From Candidatus Izemoplasma sp. (GTDB lineage Bacteria; Bacillota_I; Bacilli_A; Izemoplasmatales; Izemoplasmataceae): a stretch of 59,472 nt of DNA. The stretch's first letter is position 1. The number at the start of each line of letters is the position of its first letter. Both the position numbers and the translations under genes were made by a program. This document shows positions 26,713 to 36,426 of this stretch, piece after piece. The notes beneath the pieces are model-generated. The model worked only from the letters and a program-made list of their open reading frames with translations. It searched no databases and was not told the origin of the DNA. The DNA lies in NCBI GenBank assembly GCA_007131405.1, contig SLQR01000023.1, forward strand, positions 1-59,472, written 5' to 3'.

Positions 26713-27572
26713 TCTTTTTTAATTAATACCGTTTGATCTTTATCTAAACGGACGTAACCTGCCTTATAAAGGCTTCCTAACGCGCGTTTAAACGCCGCTT
26801 TCGACATGTGAAGCGCTTCAAATATTGCTTCGGGTGATGACTTATCATGCAAAGGCGTCATGCCATCGTCTAACGTTTCAAGATACGCCAGTATACGTGC
26901 TGCATCATCATCAATCATGATTTCTTTTTGTTCAATTAGCGTGGCGTTGTAATGGAAGTCATCTTTTTTAATCGTCACCGTTACTTCAAGTGTTTCACCT
27001 AAACGGTGTTCTTTACGTGCGTGTTTATAATAAACAAAAAGTTCATGGCCTTCTGTGGTATAAAGCACTAAGCCTTCCTCGGTTAAATTAAAAACATAGG
27101 CTTCAACTTTTTCACCGGTTTCCAGTGCTGTCTCAGGGGTAAAATAATCAAGCATTTTAAAGCGACTAACTAAGCGTGCAGTCATCTGGTTTCTGCCGGT
27201 TTTTAAATAACAAAACAAATGATCTCCAATGTGTGGCCATTGCTTTTTCATCACAGGCAAATCATCACGGGAAACAAGCATATCTTTATCCAGTCCGATA
27301 TCCACGAACACACCAAGTCCGTGTTTAACTTCAACAACCTCAACAAGGTCAGCACGGTATAAATCAATCTTTGGTTTTTTCATCGTTGCTGCTAAGCGTT
27401 TTTGTTGATTCATGTACACGAAAACCGCCACTTTTTCACCTTGTTTTAGGGGCGTGGTGGCATCGTCTTTTTTTAGGGGTAACGTGACTTTATCACGTTG
27501 AATAACATATTGATCTTGTTCAATGCGAACGACCGTAAATACATGGTCAATTCCTAATTTTATCTCTGGCAT
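26709..27572 (-). CDS. cvfB: CvfB/YitL-family S1 RNA-binding domain protein
   Basis: About 287 aa with repeated S1-like OB segments (GLGVFVDIGLDKDMLV, EGLVLYTTEGHELFV) and a C-terminal winged-helix-like tail (AAFKRALGSLYKAGYV). ATG 27572 has a GAGGTGA SD. Confidence 0.8.
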   Translation of the reverse strand: MPEIKLGIDHVFTVVRIEQDQYVIQRDKVTLPLKKDDATTPLKQGEKVAVFVYMNQQKRLAATMKKPKIDLYRADLVEVVEVKHGLGVFVDIGLDKDMLVSRDDLPVMKKQWPHIGDHLFCYLKTGRNQMTARLVSRFKMLDYFTPETALETGEKVEAYVFNLTEEGLVLYTTEGHELFVYYKHARKEHRLGETLEVTVTIKKDDFHYNATLIEQKEIMIDDDAARILAYLETLDDGMTPLHDKSSPEAIFEALHMSKAAFKRALGSLYKAGYVRLDKDQTVLIKKD

Positions 27573-27646
27573 CAAATCACCTCGAACGTATTATAACAAA
27601 ACCAAACAAAAAGCACACGTATTATGTTCAACAAGTGTAATAATTG

Positions 27647-27675
27647 TTGCTTTTTGAAGTTCTATTTGATACAAT
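27647..27675 (+). promoter_or_regulatory. sigma-A promoter TTGCTT-17-TGaTACAAT for rpsT
   Basis: TTGCTT 27647-27652, extended -10 TGA 27667-27669, TACAAT 27670-27675. Confidence 0.65.
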
Positions 27676-27707
27676 ATAAACGCTTATGAGATACGGAGGT
27701 GGAAAAA

Positions 27708-27968
27708 ATGGCAAACTCAAAACAACAAATTAAACGCGCTAAGACCGATGAAAAGCGTCGTAATGCAAATGTCATGCTTAAATCAAGTCTAAACCGCGCA
27801 ATCAACCTAGTTGAACAACACGTTGAAGCAAACGATAAAGATAAAGCTTTAGAAGCTTTCGCAACCGCAAACAAGAAACTTGATAAAGCACAAAACAAAG
27901 GAATCTTCCATAAAAACTATGTGGCTAGACACCGCTCACGTTTAGCAAAAATGATTAACGAACTTTAA
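27708..27968 (+). CDS. rpsT: 30S ribosomal protein S20
   Basis: MANSKQQIKRAKTDEKRRNANVMLKSSLNRAI. ATG 27708 has GGAGGTG upstream (the track start at 27699 is a GTG within the SD). Confidence 0.95.
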   Translation: MANSKQQIKRAKTDEKRRNANVMLKSSLNRAINLVEQHVEANDKDKALEAFATANKKLDKAQNKGIFHKNYVARHRSRLAKMINEL

Positions 27969-27975
27969 TAGAAAA

Positions 27976-28003
27976 CCGTGCAAACAATGCACGGCTTTTT
28001 TTT
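27976..28003 (+). terminator. rho-independent terminator of rpsT
   Basis: CCGTGCA-AACAA-TGCACGG followed by CTTTTTTTT. Confidence 0.85.
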
Positions 28004-28012
28004 ACCCAATAT

Positions 28013-28036
28013 AAAAGCCTCAGACATGAGGCTTTT
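28013..28036 (-). terminator. rho-independent terminator of holA
   Basis: AGCCTCA-loop-TGAGGCT flanked by A/T runs, directly after the holA stop. Confidence 0.7.
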
Positions 28037-28998
28037 TATGTGCTCAAAATAAAGAGTTCAAGGCCAACTTTTTTATCAACACGTCCAGTTTTAATGTGGT
28101 AATCAAGACGCTCAAGATGCTTGAGATGGTCTTTCAGTTGATCCAGCGATACCGTCTTCGCATTTTGAACCATGTAATAAGCGCGACCACTCGATACGCG
28201 GTAGTGCTCTTGAATTTCACTTTGATTTTTGCCTTGGTCAAGCAGTAAGCGTACATGCAACATCTCGCGGTACTTATTCACGATTGTCGATAAAATACGC
28301 AAAGGGTCTTCACTGTATAAAATGAGATCATGATAAACGCGTAACGCTTTTTGATGATCACGTTTAAGTAACGCATTGGTTATCTCATAGACATTATCTT
28401 CAATGTTTTTCGTGATGACTTTATCAATGGTAGCTTTATCGATACGATCGAAATCATCGGCATAAAGCAAAAGCTTTCGCATTTCAAGATACGCAAACTC
28501 TGTGCTATGGGCAACGCGGCGAATAAATTCGTCTAACGCATCATCATCAATACGCATCGACATATTGCCAACTTGACGCTTCGCCCACGACGCTAGGTCT
28601 TGTGATGACTTTAGTTTGCATTCAACCGTTTTGTGTTGCTTAAACAATTTTACGATGGCTTTGCGCTCATCCAGTTTCGGGACTGGTGCCGCAACGATAA
28701 AAATGGTTTCATCGGTTGGATTTTGTATGTAAGCCGCCAGCGCATCAAGGTCATGATTCAATGATTTCTTTTCTTTTTCAGTGCCTAAAAAACGTGCGTT
28801 TTGGCAGATAATAACTTTTTGTTCACTCATAAACGGAATAGTCATCGCGTCATTTATGGCTTCTTGCACAAGCACTTCATCCATATCATAAAAACTTGTA
28901 TTGTATTCATCCAAGTCATATTTTTTAATCACTTGGTTTATTTTACTTTTGATGTAAAAAGAATCTTCCCCATAAAAAAGCACGACTTTCTCATCCAT
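28036..28998 (-). CDS. holA: DNA polymerase III subunit delta
   Basis: About 320 aa. Position (comEC-holA next to rpsT) and delta-like sequence (VVLFYGEDSFYIKSK...IFIVAAP...). ATG 28998 has an AAGAGGTGA SD. Confidence 0.88.
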   Translation of the reverse strand: MDEKVVLFYGEDSFYIKSKINQVIKKYDLDEYNTSFYDMDEVLVQEAINDAMTIPFMSEQKVIICQNARFLGTEKEKKSLNHDLDALAAYIQNPTDETIFIVAAPVPKLDERKAIVKLFKQHKTVECKLKSSQDLASWAKRQVGNMSMRIDDDALDEFIRRVAHSTEFAYLEMRKLLLYADDFDRIDKATIDKVITKNIEDNVYEITNALLKRDHQKALRVYHDLILYSEDPLRILSTIVNKYREMLHVRLLLDQGKNQSEIQEHYRVSSGRAYYMVQNAKTVSLDQLKDHLKHLERLDYHIKTGRVDKKVGLELFILST

Positions 28999-29039
28999 GG
29001 CAATCACCTCTTATCCTAACATTACCATTTTATCATATT

Positions 29040-31121
29040 CTAGGGCTGATAAGGTGTTTTTTTTATGCGATTTCCAAAATAGTAGTTAAAGAAAATCGTT
29101 CCTTCTTGATCGGTTCGGTGAATTGTCATGTTTTGATGTTTCAAGCGATCCAACGTTTCCTGATGGGGATGGTCAAAACGATTACGTCGGTGAGCGCTGA
29201 CGAGCGCATCGCGTGCTTGAATTTGCTCTAAAAAGACAGTGTTGGATGAGGTTCTTGAACCGTGATGCGCAACCTTAAGCATGGTCACCATCGATAGATC
29301 CTCATTAAACGCTTGTTCTCTTTCACGTTCAATGTCCCCAGTAAAAAGAATAATATCATCGGCTATTTTTATCAGCATCATGATGGAATGGTTGTTTTCA
29401 CACGCGTATTCTTTCTCCATAGGAAAAATATAAAACGCGAGATGGCCACATTCAATCCACTTAGACTCATGCACCATGGCATTTTCACGCGTAATCAAAT
29501 TTAACACAGGAAAATGATTACTCACCTCATCATAGGCTCCGTAATGGTCATAATGCCAGTGCGAAATAAACACATAGTCTAATCGGGTAACACGTAGAGC
29601 ATAAAGCGACTGACTTAACTGATGATGCGTGGTCGATTCCCCTGTATCAATAAGCATCGTACACCGGTTGAACGCATCCCTTACGAGTAGACTATCGCCA
29701 TGAACATGGAACACCACCACTTGGGAATGCATTCGTACATAAGGCAAACACAGAAGAAACATCAAATAGATTGCCATGTATTTAACGCGCACTCTCATCT
29801 TCTTTCCTTGCATAATCCATAACCATAACCCATAGTAAATGATTATGAAAAACATCGACCCAAAATAAAGATTTACGCGTAGCGAAAACAGTCGATGCGT
29901 CCAAATCACAAGCCATTCAAAAAGCACAATAATCACGCCATAAAGGGCCTCAAAAAAAGGCAAAGCAAAGGTTATATAACCGAAAGGCAACAACAAAAAC
30001 ATCGTATAAAAGACAAACATGACATTCAATAAAATAGTAAGTGGGTGAACCCCATGAGACAAATCACTAATGAGTGGTAATGTCGCAAAAAAAGCAATAG
30101 CACTGACATAAAACCCAGACATTACCGTGCTTTTCTTACTCAAAATCGGAGAAGAACACATCAAAGAAAACGCCACTAGAAACGACAACATAAACCCCGT
30201 TTGCACATAAAATAATGGGTTGATGAGGAGTAAAAAAACCGCAAGCATCGAAAGCATATCGATCCCGGTGAAATGAAAATGAAGTTTCTTAGACAAACGT
30301 AACCCCACCATCATCAACGACGCACGAACCACCGAAACCGCAAATACTGTCAAAATAAGATACGCACTTAAAAAAAACCCAAGTGCAACATCAATAAATC
30401 CTTCCCGGCACTTAAATTGCTTTAGTGTAGTGATTAGAACCATGGTAAGAAGGGAAATATGCAATCCAGATATGGCAAAAAGATGCGCAATACCAAGCGA
30501 TTGTGTTGCCTCTAAAACATCATCATCCATCGCGTTTCGGTCAGCCAAGACAAACATCCGGATGTAAGGCCCAACTGCATCATACCTTTCCGTTATATAA
30601 TCATCCACCCATTCACGAAACTGATACACCGAAAACCCTTCACGCATGACCGTTACTGTGTCGGCATAAAAAACACCATCAATCCCCACCGACAACAAAA
30701 ACGTGTCATAATCAAACTCACCTGGCATTGACGGCACCGTACTTTCTCGGTAGTTTCCGGTTGCCACCACATAATCGCCCGCATGAACGGCATAATCATC
30801 ATCGAGGTAAATCAATACCTTTCCTTCATCACTTTGTGCGATTACACGGTTTTTAGCGCTTTCCGTATAAAGGACTTGAGCTTCAACCTTACGCCCTTTT
30901 AAATCGACTGGGGTAATGAGTTCGTGGTGGATAAGAACGGTGCTTGCAAGCCCAAGACCCACCAGAAAAAGAATCCCATCATACCGATACAGTTTATAAA
31001 GATAAACCAACGTAATACTTAAAACCCACGGCTGATGCAGACTCAAAAGCGCAAGGCCAACACACCCTAAAACATGATGCCAATTCCCCTCAAGGAACCA
31101 CGAACGGTCGAATGTTTTCAA
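29040..31121 (-). CDS. comEC: DNA internalization competence protein ComEC/Rec2 (with C-terminal metallo-beta-lactamase domain)
   Basis: Polytopic membrane core (GIAHLFAISGLHISLL) plus an MBL motif (ISHWHYDHYGA). There is no ATG near the 5' end. The candidates are the track TTG at 31136 or the TTG at 31121 (GGTGAGG 6 nt upstream), so the start is uncertain. Overlaps the comEA end. Confidence 0.88.
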   Translation of the reverse strand: MKTFDRSWFLEGNWHHVLGCVGLALLSLHQPWVLSITLVYLYKLYRYDGILFLVGLGLASTVLIHHELITPVDLKGRKVEAQVLYTESAKNRVIAQSDEGKVLIYLDDDYAVHAGDYVVATGNYRESTVPSMPGEFDYDTFLLSVGIDGVFYADTVTVMREGFSVYQFREWVDDYITERYDAVGPYIRMFVLADRNAMDDDVLEATQSLGIAHLFAISGLHISLLTMVLITTLKQFKCREGFIDVALGFFLSAYLILTVFAVSVVRASLMMVGLRLSKKLHFHFTGIDMLSMLAVFLLLINPLFYVQTGFMLSFLVAFSLMCSSPILSKKSTVMSGFYVSAIAFFATLPLISDLSHGVHPLTILLNVMFVFYTMFLLLPFGYITFALPFFEALYGVIIVLFEWLVIWTHRLFSLRVNLYFGSMFFIIIYYGLWLWIMQGKKMRVRVKYMAIYLMFLLCLPYVRMHSQVVVFHVHGDSLLVRDAFNRCTMLIDTGESTTHHQLSQSLYALRVTRLDYVFISHWHYDHYGAYDEVSNHFPVLNLITRENAMVHESKWIECGHLAFYIFPMEKEYACENNHSIMMLIKIADDIILFTGDIEREREQAFNEDLSMVTMLKVAHHGSRTSSNTVFLEQIQARDALVSAHRRNRFDHPHQETLDRLKHQNMTIHRTDQEGTIFFNYYFGNRIKKTPYQP

Positions 31122-31656
31122 GCGTAGCCTCACCAATGCCCGTGACGTTTAAAATGTCTTCATAACTTGTAAATGGCCCGTGTTCCTCTCGATAGCGAAT
31201 GATACTGTCAGCCGTCGCGGGTCCAATGTTTGGCAGCGTAATAAGTTCTTCTTTGGTGGCGCTTGACAGTGCGATTAATCCCGGTGAATCATTAATAAGT
31301 TCTTCCTTGTTTTTCTCCATCTCTTCAAATGGAATAAACACAAACGCTTGATCGTGCAACTGCTTAGAAAGATTGAGCGCGGATAAATCCGCATCACCAA
31401 GCAACCCACCCGCTAAATCAACCAACTGAAAAACACGCAACGCGTCTGGCACTTTATAGACACCAGGTTTATTCACCGCACCACGAATATCCACATAGAT
31501 GTATGATGTTCCATCTGTTTCTTGCGTCACGTTTTCGTAATGGTTTTCGCTTAAAGGTGGTGACGACACTCGCCCGAGTTGATTCAAGCCAAACGCAAAC
31601 GCAACAAGCAGTAAAACACCCACAACGACCATTCTTTTTTGCATTAATTCGCTCAT
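31090..31656 (-). CDS. comEA: competence protein ComEA (DNA receptor; SLBB plus helix-hairpin-helix)
   Basis: N-terminal TM helix, VDIRGAVNKPGVYKV (SLBB), and the C-terminal HhH LITLPNIGPATADSIIRYREEHGPFTSYEDILNVTGIGEATLENI. Confidence 0.88.
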   Translation of the reverse strand: MSELMQKRMVVVGVLLLVAFAFGLNQLGRVSSPPLSENHYENVTQETDGTSYIYVDIRGAVNKPGVYKVPDALRVFQLVDLAGGLLGDADLSALNLSKQLHDQAFVFIPFEEMEKNKEELINDSPGLIALSSATKEELITLPNIGPATADSIIRYREEHGPFTSYEDILNVTGIGEATLENIRPFVVP

Positions 31657-31663
31657 AAAAAAA

Positions 31664-31698
31664 ACACCCCTTTCATACCAATAATAGGTATGGGGTGT
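31664..31698 (-). terminator. terminator-like hairpin plus U8 between yqeM and comEA; it contains the only SD-like sequence of comEA
   Basis: Minus-strand ACACCCCATACC-TATTATT-GGTATGAAAGGGGTGT followed by TTTTTTTT and then directly the comEA ATG. Confidence 0.6.
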
Positions 31699-32367
31699 TT
31701 ATTCTTCTTTTTTACGCATGACATAAATGGCGCGACCATTTAACGGTAACCGTTCAAGCAAATCATATGATCCAAGCATCTCTTGCACAACCGCTTCTGA
31801 GTAATAATATTCTTGATGCGATGCCGACTGTTCGCCAACCTCAATTTCATGTTTTATGGCTTGATTGCTAAATCGAGTTACACGCCAACGCAACTCCCCA
31901 CCATCAAAGTGAATCGTTTCTTCATACCCAACGAGATCGTCCATAAACTGTTGATCAAGCAAGTCAAAAATTAAAATACTCTGCGGTTTTAAGGCGTGAG
32001 TGATATGGGTTAATGCTTTTTCAACGTTTATTTGACCCTCGATATGGTTCACCACATCAAATGGCATGATGATGACATCAAATTGCCCGCTAAAAGGCTC
32101 TGTCAAATCGTGCACTTTATAGTCAACCGTGACGTTTTCTTCCCCAGCGTAAAAACTTGCCAGTTCAAGCATCGACGGGTTTGAATCCATGCCAGTCACA
32201 TCATACCCCATACGCGCAAGTTCACGGGATAAATACCCGGTCCCACACCCTGCTTCTAAGAGTGCGCTTGGGTGTGTGTGCTTTTTAAGCAGGTTTAAAT
32301 ACATCGCATAGAGTACATCATCAATCGTTGCCTCATAGGCTTTTGCTAAGAGACTGTAGGTATTCAT
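31699..32367 (-). CDS. class I SAM-dependent methyltransferase (YqeM-like)
   Basis: LEAGCGTGYLSRELARMGYDVTGMD motif I. Position after rsfS, as with yqeM in B. subtilis. Confidence 0.8.
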   Translation of the reverse strand: MNTYSLLAKAYEATIDDVLYAMYLNLLKKHTHPSALLEAGCGTGYLSRELARMGYDVTGMDSNPSMLELASFYAGEENVTVDYKVHDLTEPFSGQFDVIIMPFDVVNHIEGQINVEKALTHITHALKPQSILIFDLLDQQFMDDLVGYEETIHFDGGELRWRVTRFSNQAIKHEIEVGEQSASHQEYYYSEAVVQEMLGSYDLLERLPLNGRAIYVMRKKEE

Positions 32368-32702
32368 AGTGTTTCAGGATTAATAGTTTCTACATCCATC
32401 CACATTTTTTCGATGTTGTAGTACTTACGTTCATCTTCCGTAAAGATGTTGACGATGACGTCTTTTGCGTCCATTAAAATCCATGCGTTTGAATGCGCTC
32501 CTTCAACGTTTGGATGATCATAACGCGCAGCGGCTAGATCGTCTTTAAGGTGATTGATTGCGGCTTTCAATTGACGCGTGTTGGTCGCAGTCGATAAAAT
32601 GAAATAATCGAAAAACGGACTGCGTTCGCGCATATCATATACCACAATATCTTTTAGGTTTAAATCATCAAGTGCTTTGACAATAACTTTTATTTTGGAC
32701 AT
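32364..32702 (-). CDS. rsfS: ribosome silencing factor RsfS
   Basis: 112 aa. DIVVYDMRERSPFFDYFILSTATNTRQLKA...WILMDAKDVIVNIFTEDERKYYNIEKMW. Confidence 0.92.
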   Translation of the reverse strand: MSKIKVIVKALDDLNLKDIVVYDMRERSPFFDYFILSTATNTRQLKAAINHLKDDLAAARYDHPNVEGAHSNAWILMDAKDVIVNIFTEDERKYYNIEKMWMDVETINPETL

Positions 32703-33274
32703 GCATGCCCTCCTGTTCTTTTTTGATAGTATTCGCGTGCTTCGTAAGCGACACGGGGAATGTTGCCGCCCGTACGTTCATATAATTGAATTGAATCGTT
32801 TATCGCTTCATAAACGGCTTGGTCAAGATTGATAAAGGCAATTTCTCGAACGCGCACACAACTTGGGTAAAGCCGTGAGGGTTCGATGTAGTCGCTTATA
32901 AAAAGAATCTTTTGCAAAAGCGACATATTTGGTTTCCCAACCGTGTGCACTTCAATCGCGCCAAGCACATCAGGGTCGGTAATGTTGTACGTATCTTGAG
33001 CAATAGCTGAAGCGCTATACGCATGATAAAGTGGATCGTAAAAATCATCTAAGATGGCCTCATCATAGTAGCGACGAATCCATTCAATATGAAACCCTAA
33101 TGATTCATATTTAGTTAAATCGTGTAAATAACTAACCAACTCAAGTTGATAAAGATCTGCGCCATGGATTTTTCCAAGTTTAAGTGCCGTATCGCGCACA
33201 CCGTACACATGATTTAAGCGGTCTACTTTATGTCGGTAAGCACACTTAAGATCCTTTTTAATTCTTTCGAGCAT
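32690..33274 (-). CDS. yqeK: HD-domain bis(5'-nucleosyl)-tetraphosphatase YqeK
   Basis: HVYGVRDTALKL...YLHDLTKY...HTVGK. Synteny is yqeH-yqeK-rsfS. Confidence 0.88.
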   Translation of the reverse strand: MLERIKKDLKCAYRHKVDRLNHVYGVRDTALKLGKIHGADLYQLELVSYLHDLTKYESLGFHIEWIRRYYDEAILDDFYDPLYHAYSASAIAQDTYNITDPDVLGAIEVHTVGKPNMSLLQKILFISDYIEPSRLYPSCVRVREIAFINLDQAVYEAINDSIQLYERTGGNIPRVAYEAREYYQKRTGGHACPK

Positions 33275-34365
33275 TAAATAAGCGCCTCACGTTGATATGG
33301 AATTACAGTTTCTGGAGTAAAGACACGAACCATGCCTTCGCCTTCAAAACTCATAAAGCACAAACCAGGCACCACAATATCAATTTTTTGACCGCGTTTA
33401 ATGTGGAACTGATGCGCTTTTAACACAAAAAGCGAATCCTTTTCCGTTGGCGGAACCAATAACCCACCACGGTGTTTTTCATAAAACGCTTCGCTTTCTT
33501 CGGCTTTGCGTCTATGAACGGTTAAGCTTTCAGCGCGATAAGCAACCGCGGTTGCTTGCTTCGTTGGGTGGTAATCATAGCGCGCTAAGCCACCCATAAA
33601 ATACGATTGTGGGTGCTTTACTTGAAAGACTTTTGGTTTAACCTCTTTTTTCGGTTGAATCAATTGGAAACTTTCTTCGCCTAAGACAACCGAGATATGG
33701 TTCTTATTAAAGAGCCCTGGGCTATCGTATAACGTTTGGTTTTCAAAAGGAATCGCAATTAAATCCTGCGTGGTTCCTTTGCTGTTTGAAACCGTAATCA
33801 ATGCCTCGCGGAGTTCCGTTGAGGCTTGAAGCATCGCATTAATTAACGTGCTTTTTCCCACGTTTGTTGCGCCAACAATAATAACGTTTCGCCCTTGACT
33901 CAACTCGGCAATACGATCTAATACAGCATCAATGCCATGTTTTTTTGTCGCACTCACCATCATCACATCAACCGCTTTAACACCTGAGCGTTTTAAATAA
34001 CGTTTCACGCGGTGAGCAAGTTTATTGTCACTAACACTTTTCGGCAAGAGATCGCGCTTATTGACAATCGCAAGGACATCGTTTGCACCAGTTAACTTAT
34101 GGATTTGTGGCATCATTGACCCTTCTAAGTCAAACGCATCAAGCACCTTTACCACAAGAATATCTTCTGAGGCAATGCGGCTAATAACTTCCATATAATC
34201 GCTTTCTTTTAAAACCGATGGCAGTATTTCACCATAATGACGCATACGAAAACAGCGCTGACATAAAATATCATCCGCTAAGTCTAAGGATTTCGGGGTA
34301 AAAAACGGCGCTTCTTTATCGGTGTTTTGTAAGGTGCCACCACACCCAATGCATTTTACGGTCAT
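33274..34365 (-). CDS. yqeH: ribosome biogenesis GTPase YqeH
   Basis: N-terminal Zn-finger CIGCGGTLQ...CQRCFRM. Circularly permuted GTPase motifs NKRDLLP and VGATNVGKSTLIN. Confidence 0.9.
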   Translation of the reverse strand: MTVKCIGCGGTLQNTDKEAPFFTPKSLDLADDILCQRCFRMRHYGEILPSVLKESDYMEVISRIASEDILVVKVLDAFDLEGSMMPQIHKLTGANDVLAIVNKRDLLPKSVSDNKLAHRVKRYLKRSGVKAVDVMMVSATKKHGIDAVLDRIAELSQGRNVIIVGATNVGKSTLINAMLQASTELREALITVSNSKGTTQDLIAIPFENQTLYDSPGLFNKNHISVVLGEESFQLIQPKKEVKPKVFQVKHPQSYFMGGLARYDYHPTKQATAVAYRAESLTVHRRKAEESEAFYEKHRGGLLVPPTEKDSLFVLKAHQFHIKRGQKIDIVVPGLCFMSFEGEGMVRVFTPETVIPYQREALI

Positions 34366-34925
34366 AGTCGTTTCTCCAATGCTAAGCGCTTATAAGCGCT
34401 TGGGTATTTTCGTTTAATTTTTCGTAACATATTCGTTTCAACTCGGCGGTTAAATTTGGTATACCATTTTTCGGTTTTTTTCTTGATTGGCATAACTAAT
34501 AAGCAATCATAGCCCATTCGACGACTGCCAAAAACATCCGTCATCAGTTGATCCCCAATCATACACACTTGTGCTTTTTCGTAAAATGTTTCGGTGTGTT
34601 GCATCGCGCGTTTGAATCCACACTTAAGTGGTTTTTTTGCCGAAGCAACGTATGAGACGTCAACCGCATCCGAAAAATGTTTTACACGTGGTAAACGGTT
34701 ATTTGAAATAATGACAACCTCGAACCCAACGTGCTTAATCGACTCGATAAACGCTTTTAACTTCTTATTGGGCAGTGTCTCATCATAAGGAATCAAGGTA
34801 TTATCGAGGTCCACAAGCAAAACACGCTTTCCTTCTTGGTAAAGCGCATCAAAATCGATATCATGGACAGTATCATAATGGCTATTTGGCACAAAATGAC
34901 GTGTTTTTAGTAACCAATGAATCAT
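34362..34925 (-). CDS. yqeG: YqeG-family HAD phosphatase
   Basis: LLVDLDNTLIPYD (DxDxT), ISNN and MIGDQLMTDV motifs. Synteny. Confidence 0.85.
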   Translation of the reverse strand: MIHWLLKTRHFVPNSHYDTVHDIDFDALYQEGKRVLLVDLDNTLIPYDETLPNKKLKAFIESIKHVGFEVVIISNNRLPRVKHFSDAVDVSYVASAKKPLKCGFKRAMQHTETFYEKAQVCMIGDQLMTDVFGSRRMGYDCLLVMPIKKKTEKWYTKFNRRVETNMLRKIKRKYPSAYKRLALEKRL

Positions 34926-34968
34926 AGTGGTCCTCCTTAATAGTCTTTAGTTTATTATACTAAATCGT

Positions 34969-35700
34969 TTACGCTTTGTCACGGTCAATCAGTCCCTCGA
35001 AACCTTCGTTTAACAAGCGTTTTCGAAGGGAATTAATGGCACGTCGATAGGTTTTATGGTTTGGGCAAAGCGTTTCGAAAAATGCATAAAATGCTTTTGA
35101 ATGATCAGCATGCGCAAGATGACTGACTTCGTGCAAAAAGATGTACTCGGTAAATACTTTTGGGTAATGCACCAGTTCAAGATTAAACGACATGCGTTTT
35201 TTTGTCGGTTGACAACTGCCAAACTTGGTCTTCATGTATTGGTAACGCATTGTTAATTCTGTTAAATCGATGCCTTTGATTGCATGTTGATATTTACTCA
35301 CAAGACGTTCAATTTCACTTGCTAACTGCGCCTTTAACCAGGCGTGAGTGCGTTTTTTAAACTGCGCATCATCCTGGACACCATAAAAATACACCTTGGT
35401 GCCTTTTCGGTGTGTGGAACGCTTACTTGGCAATTGGTACAGCGTTAACACCTCGTCAAAGACGGGGATTTCTGCTCCATCAATAAAAGCCTCCTTAAAA
35501 TCGACGGGTGGCTTCATTCGTAAAAGCTGTTCTTGATGCGTTTCAATCACATCAATGATGTCTTTTTTTCGCACACTTCGTGGTGCCGTCACTAAAAAAG
35601 TATTAGGGGCTTTCGCGGTCACAATAATGCGACGTTGACGCGGTTTTTTTACCACCGTAAACGTATAGAGCGCATCGTTTAAATTCAGTTCAAATGTCAT
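34969..35700 (-). CDS. YgjP-like (DUF45/M48-like) metal-dependent hydrolase
   Basis: FLHEVSHLAHADHSKAFYAFFETLCPNHK, an HExxH motif typical of the YgjP family. Confidence 0.8.
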   Translation of the reverse strand: MTFELNLNDALYTFTVVKKPRQRRIIVTAKAPNTFLVTAPRSVRKKDIIDVIETHQEQLLRMKPPVDFKEAFIDGAEIPVFDEVLTLYQLPSKRSTHRKGTKVYFYGVQDDAQFKKRTHAWLKAQLASEIERLVSKYQHAIKGIDLTELTMRYQYMKTKFGSCQPTKKRMSFNLELVHYPKVFTEYIFLHEVSHLAHADHSKAFYAFFETLCPNHKTYRRAINSLRKRLLNEGFEGLIDRDKA

Positions 35701-36383
35701 AAGCGTTTAAGCAATTCATCCAGTAATATGGCTGAACGTAAAGCCGATTTTTCTAGGAAACTCTTAAAATCAGATGCTTGGTTTGATCCGCCAATCACAT
35801 CGCTGATGGCTCGAATAATCAAAAACGGAACCCCTTCTAAACGTGCCACATGACCAATGGCAGTGGCTTCCATTTCAATCGCATAGATATCGTCGTATAA
35901 CGCTAAAATTGGATTGATCGATGCACGCTCAGTAATAAACTGATCCCCTGATGCAATTTTACCGCGTTGGTAAGGGTAGTTTTTTTCTGAAGCAATGGTT
36001 TCAGCGATTTCAAGCAACGCGGAATCCGCTTCAAAGTACGGTTTAAATCCCGGCACTTGACCACGTTCATAGTTAAAGACTGTCACATCAACATCGTGAT
36101 ACACAACACCTTCCGATAAAACAAGTGTTTCAACTTCCGTGTTCACCCCACCGGCAACCCCACTGTTTAAAATCATGCGTACATCGTAGGCATGAATAAG
36201 GTAACTCGTCGCGTAGGCAGCATTCACTTTGCCAATGCCTGTTAAGACACATACCAACGTGTGGTTATTTTCTTGTAATGTGTAAATTTTTAAATGTTTG
36301 TGGGTTTTTGTTTCATAGTTTTCATAGTGATTTAAAAAAGCATCCAGTTCTTCTTGCATCGCAAAAAGGAGTCCAATCGTCAT
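35697..36383 (-). CDS. mtnN: 5'-methylthioadenosine/S-adenosylhomocysteine nucleosidase
   Basis: MTIGLLFAMQEELDAF (cf E. coli MKIGIIGAMEEE), TGIGKVNAA, SGDQFI, IEMEATAIGHV, IIRAISD. ATG 36383 is preferred over the longer track ORF. Confidence 0.9.
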   Translation of the reverse strand: MTIGLLFAMQEELDAFLNHYENYETKTHKHLKIYTLQENNHTLVCVLTGIGKVNAAYATSYLIHAYDVRMILNSGVAGGVNTEVETLVLSEGVVYHDVDVTVFNYERGQVPGFKPYFEADSALLEIAETIASEKNYPYQRGKIASGDQFITERASINPILALYDDIYAIEMEATAIGHVARLEGVPFLIIRAISDVIGGSNQASDFKSFLEKSALRSAILLDELLKRL

Positions 36384-36426
36384 ATCCATCCCTCGCTTTG
36401 ACGAAAAAAAGAATGACAAGCATTCT

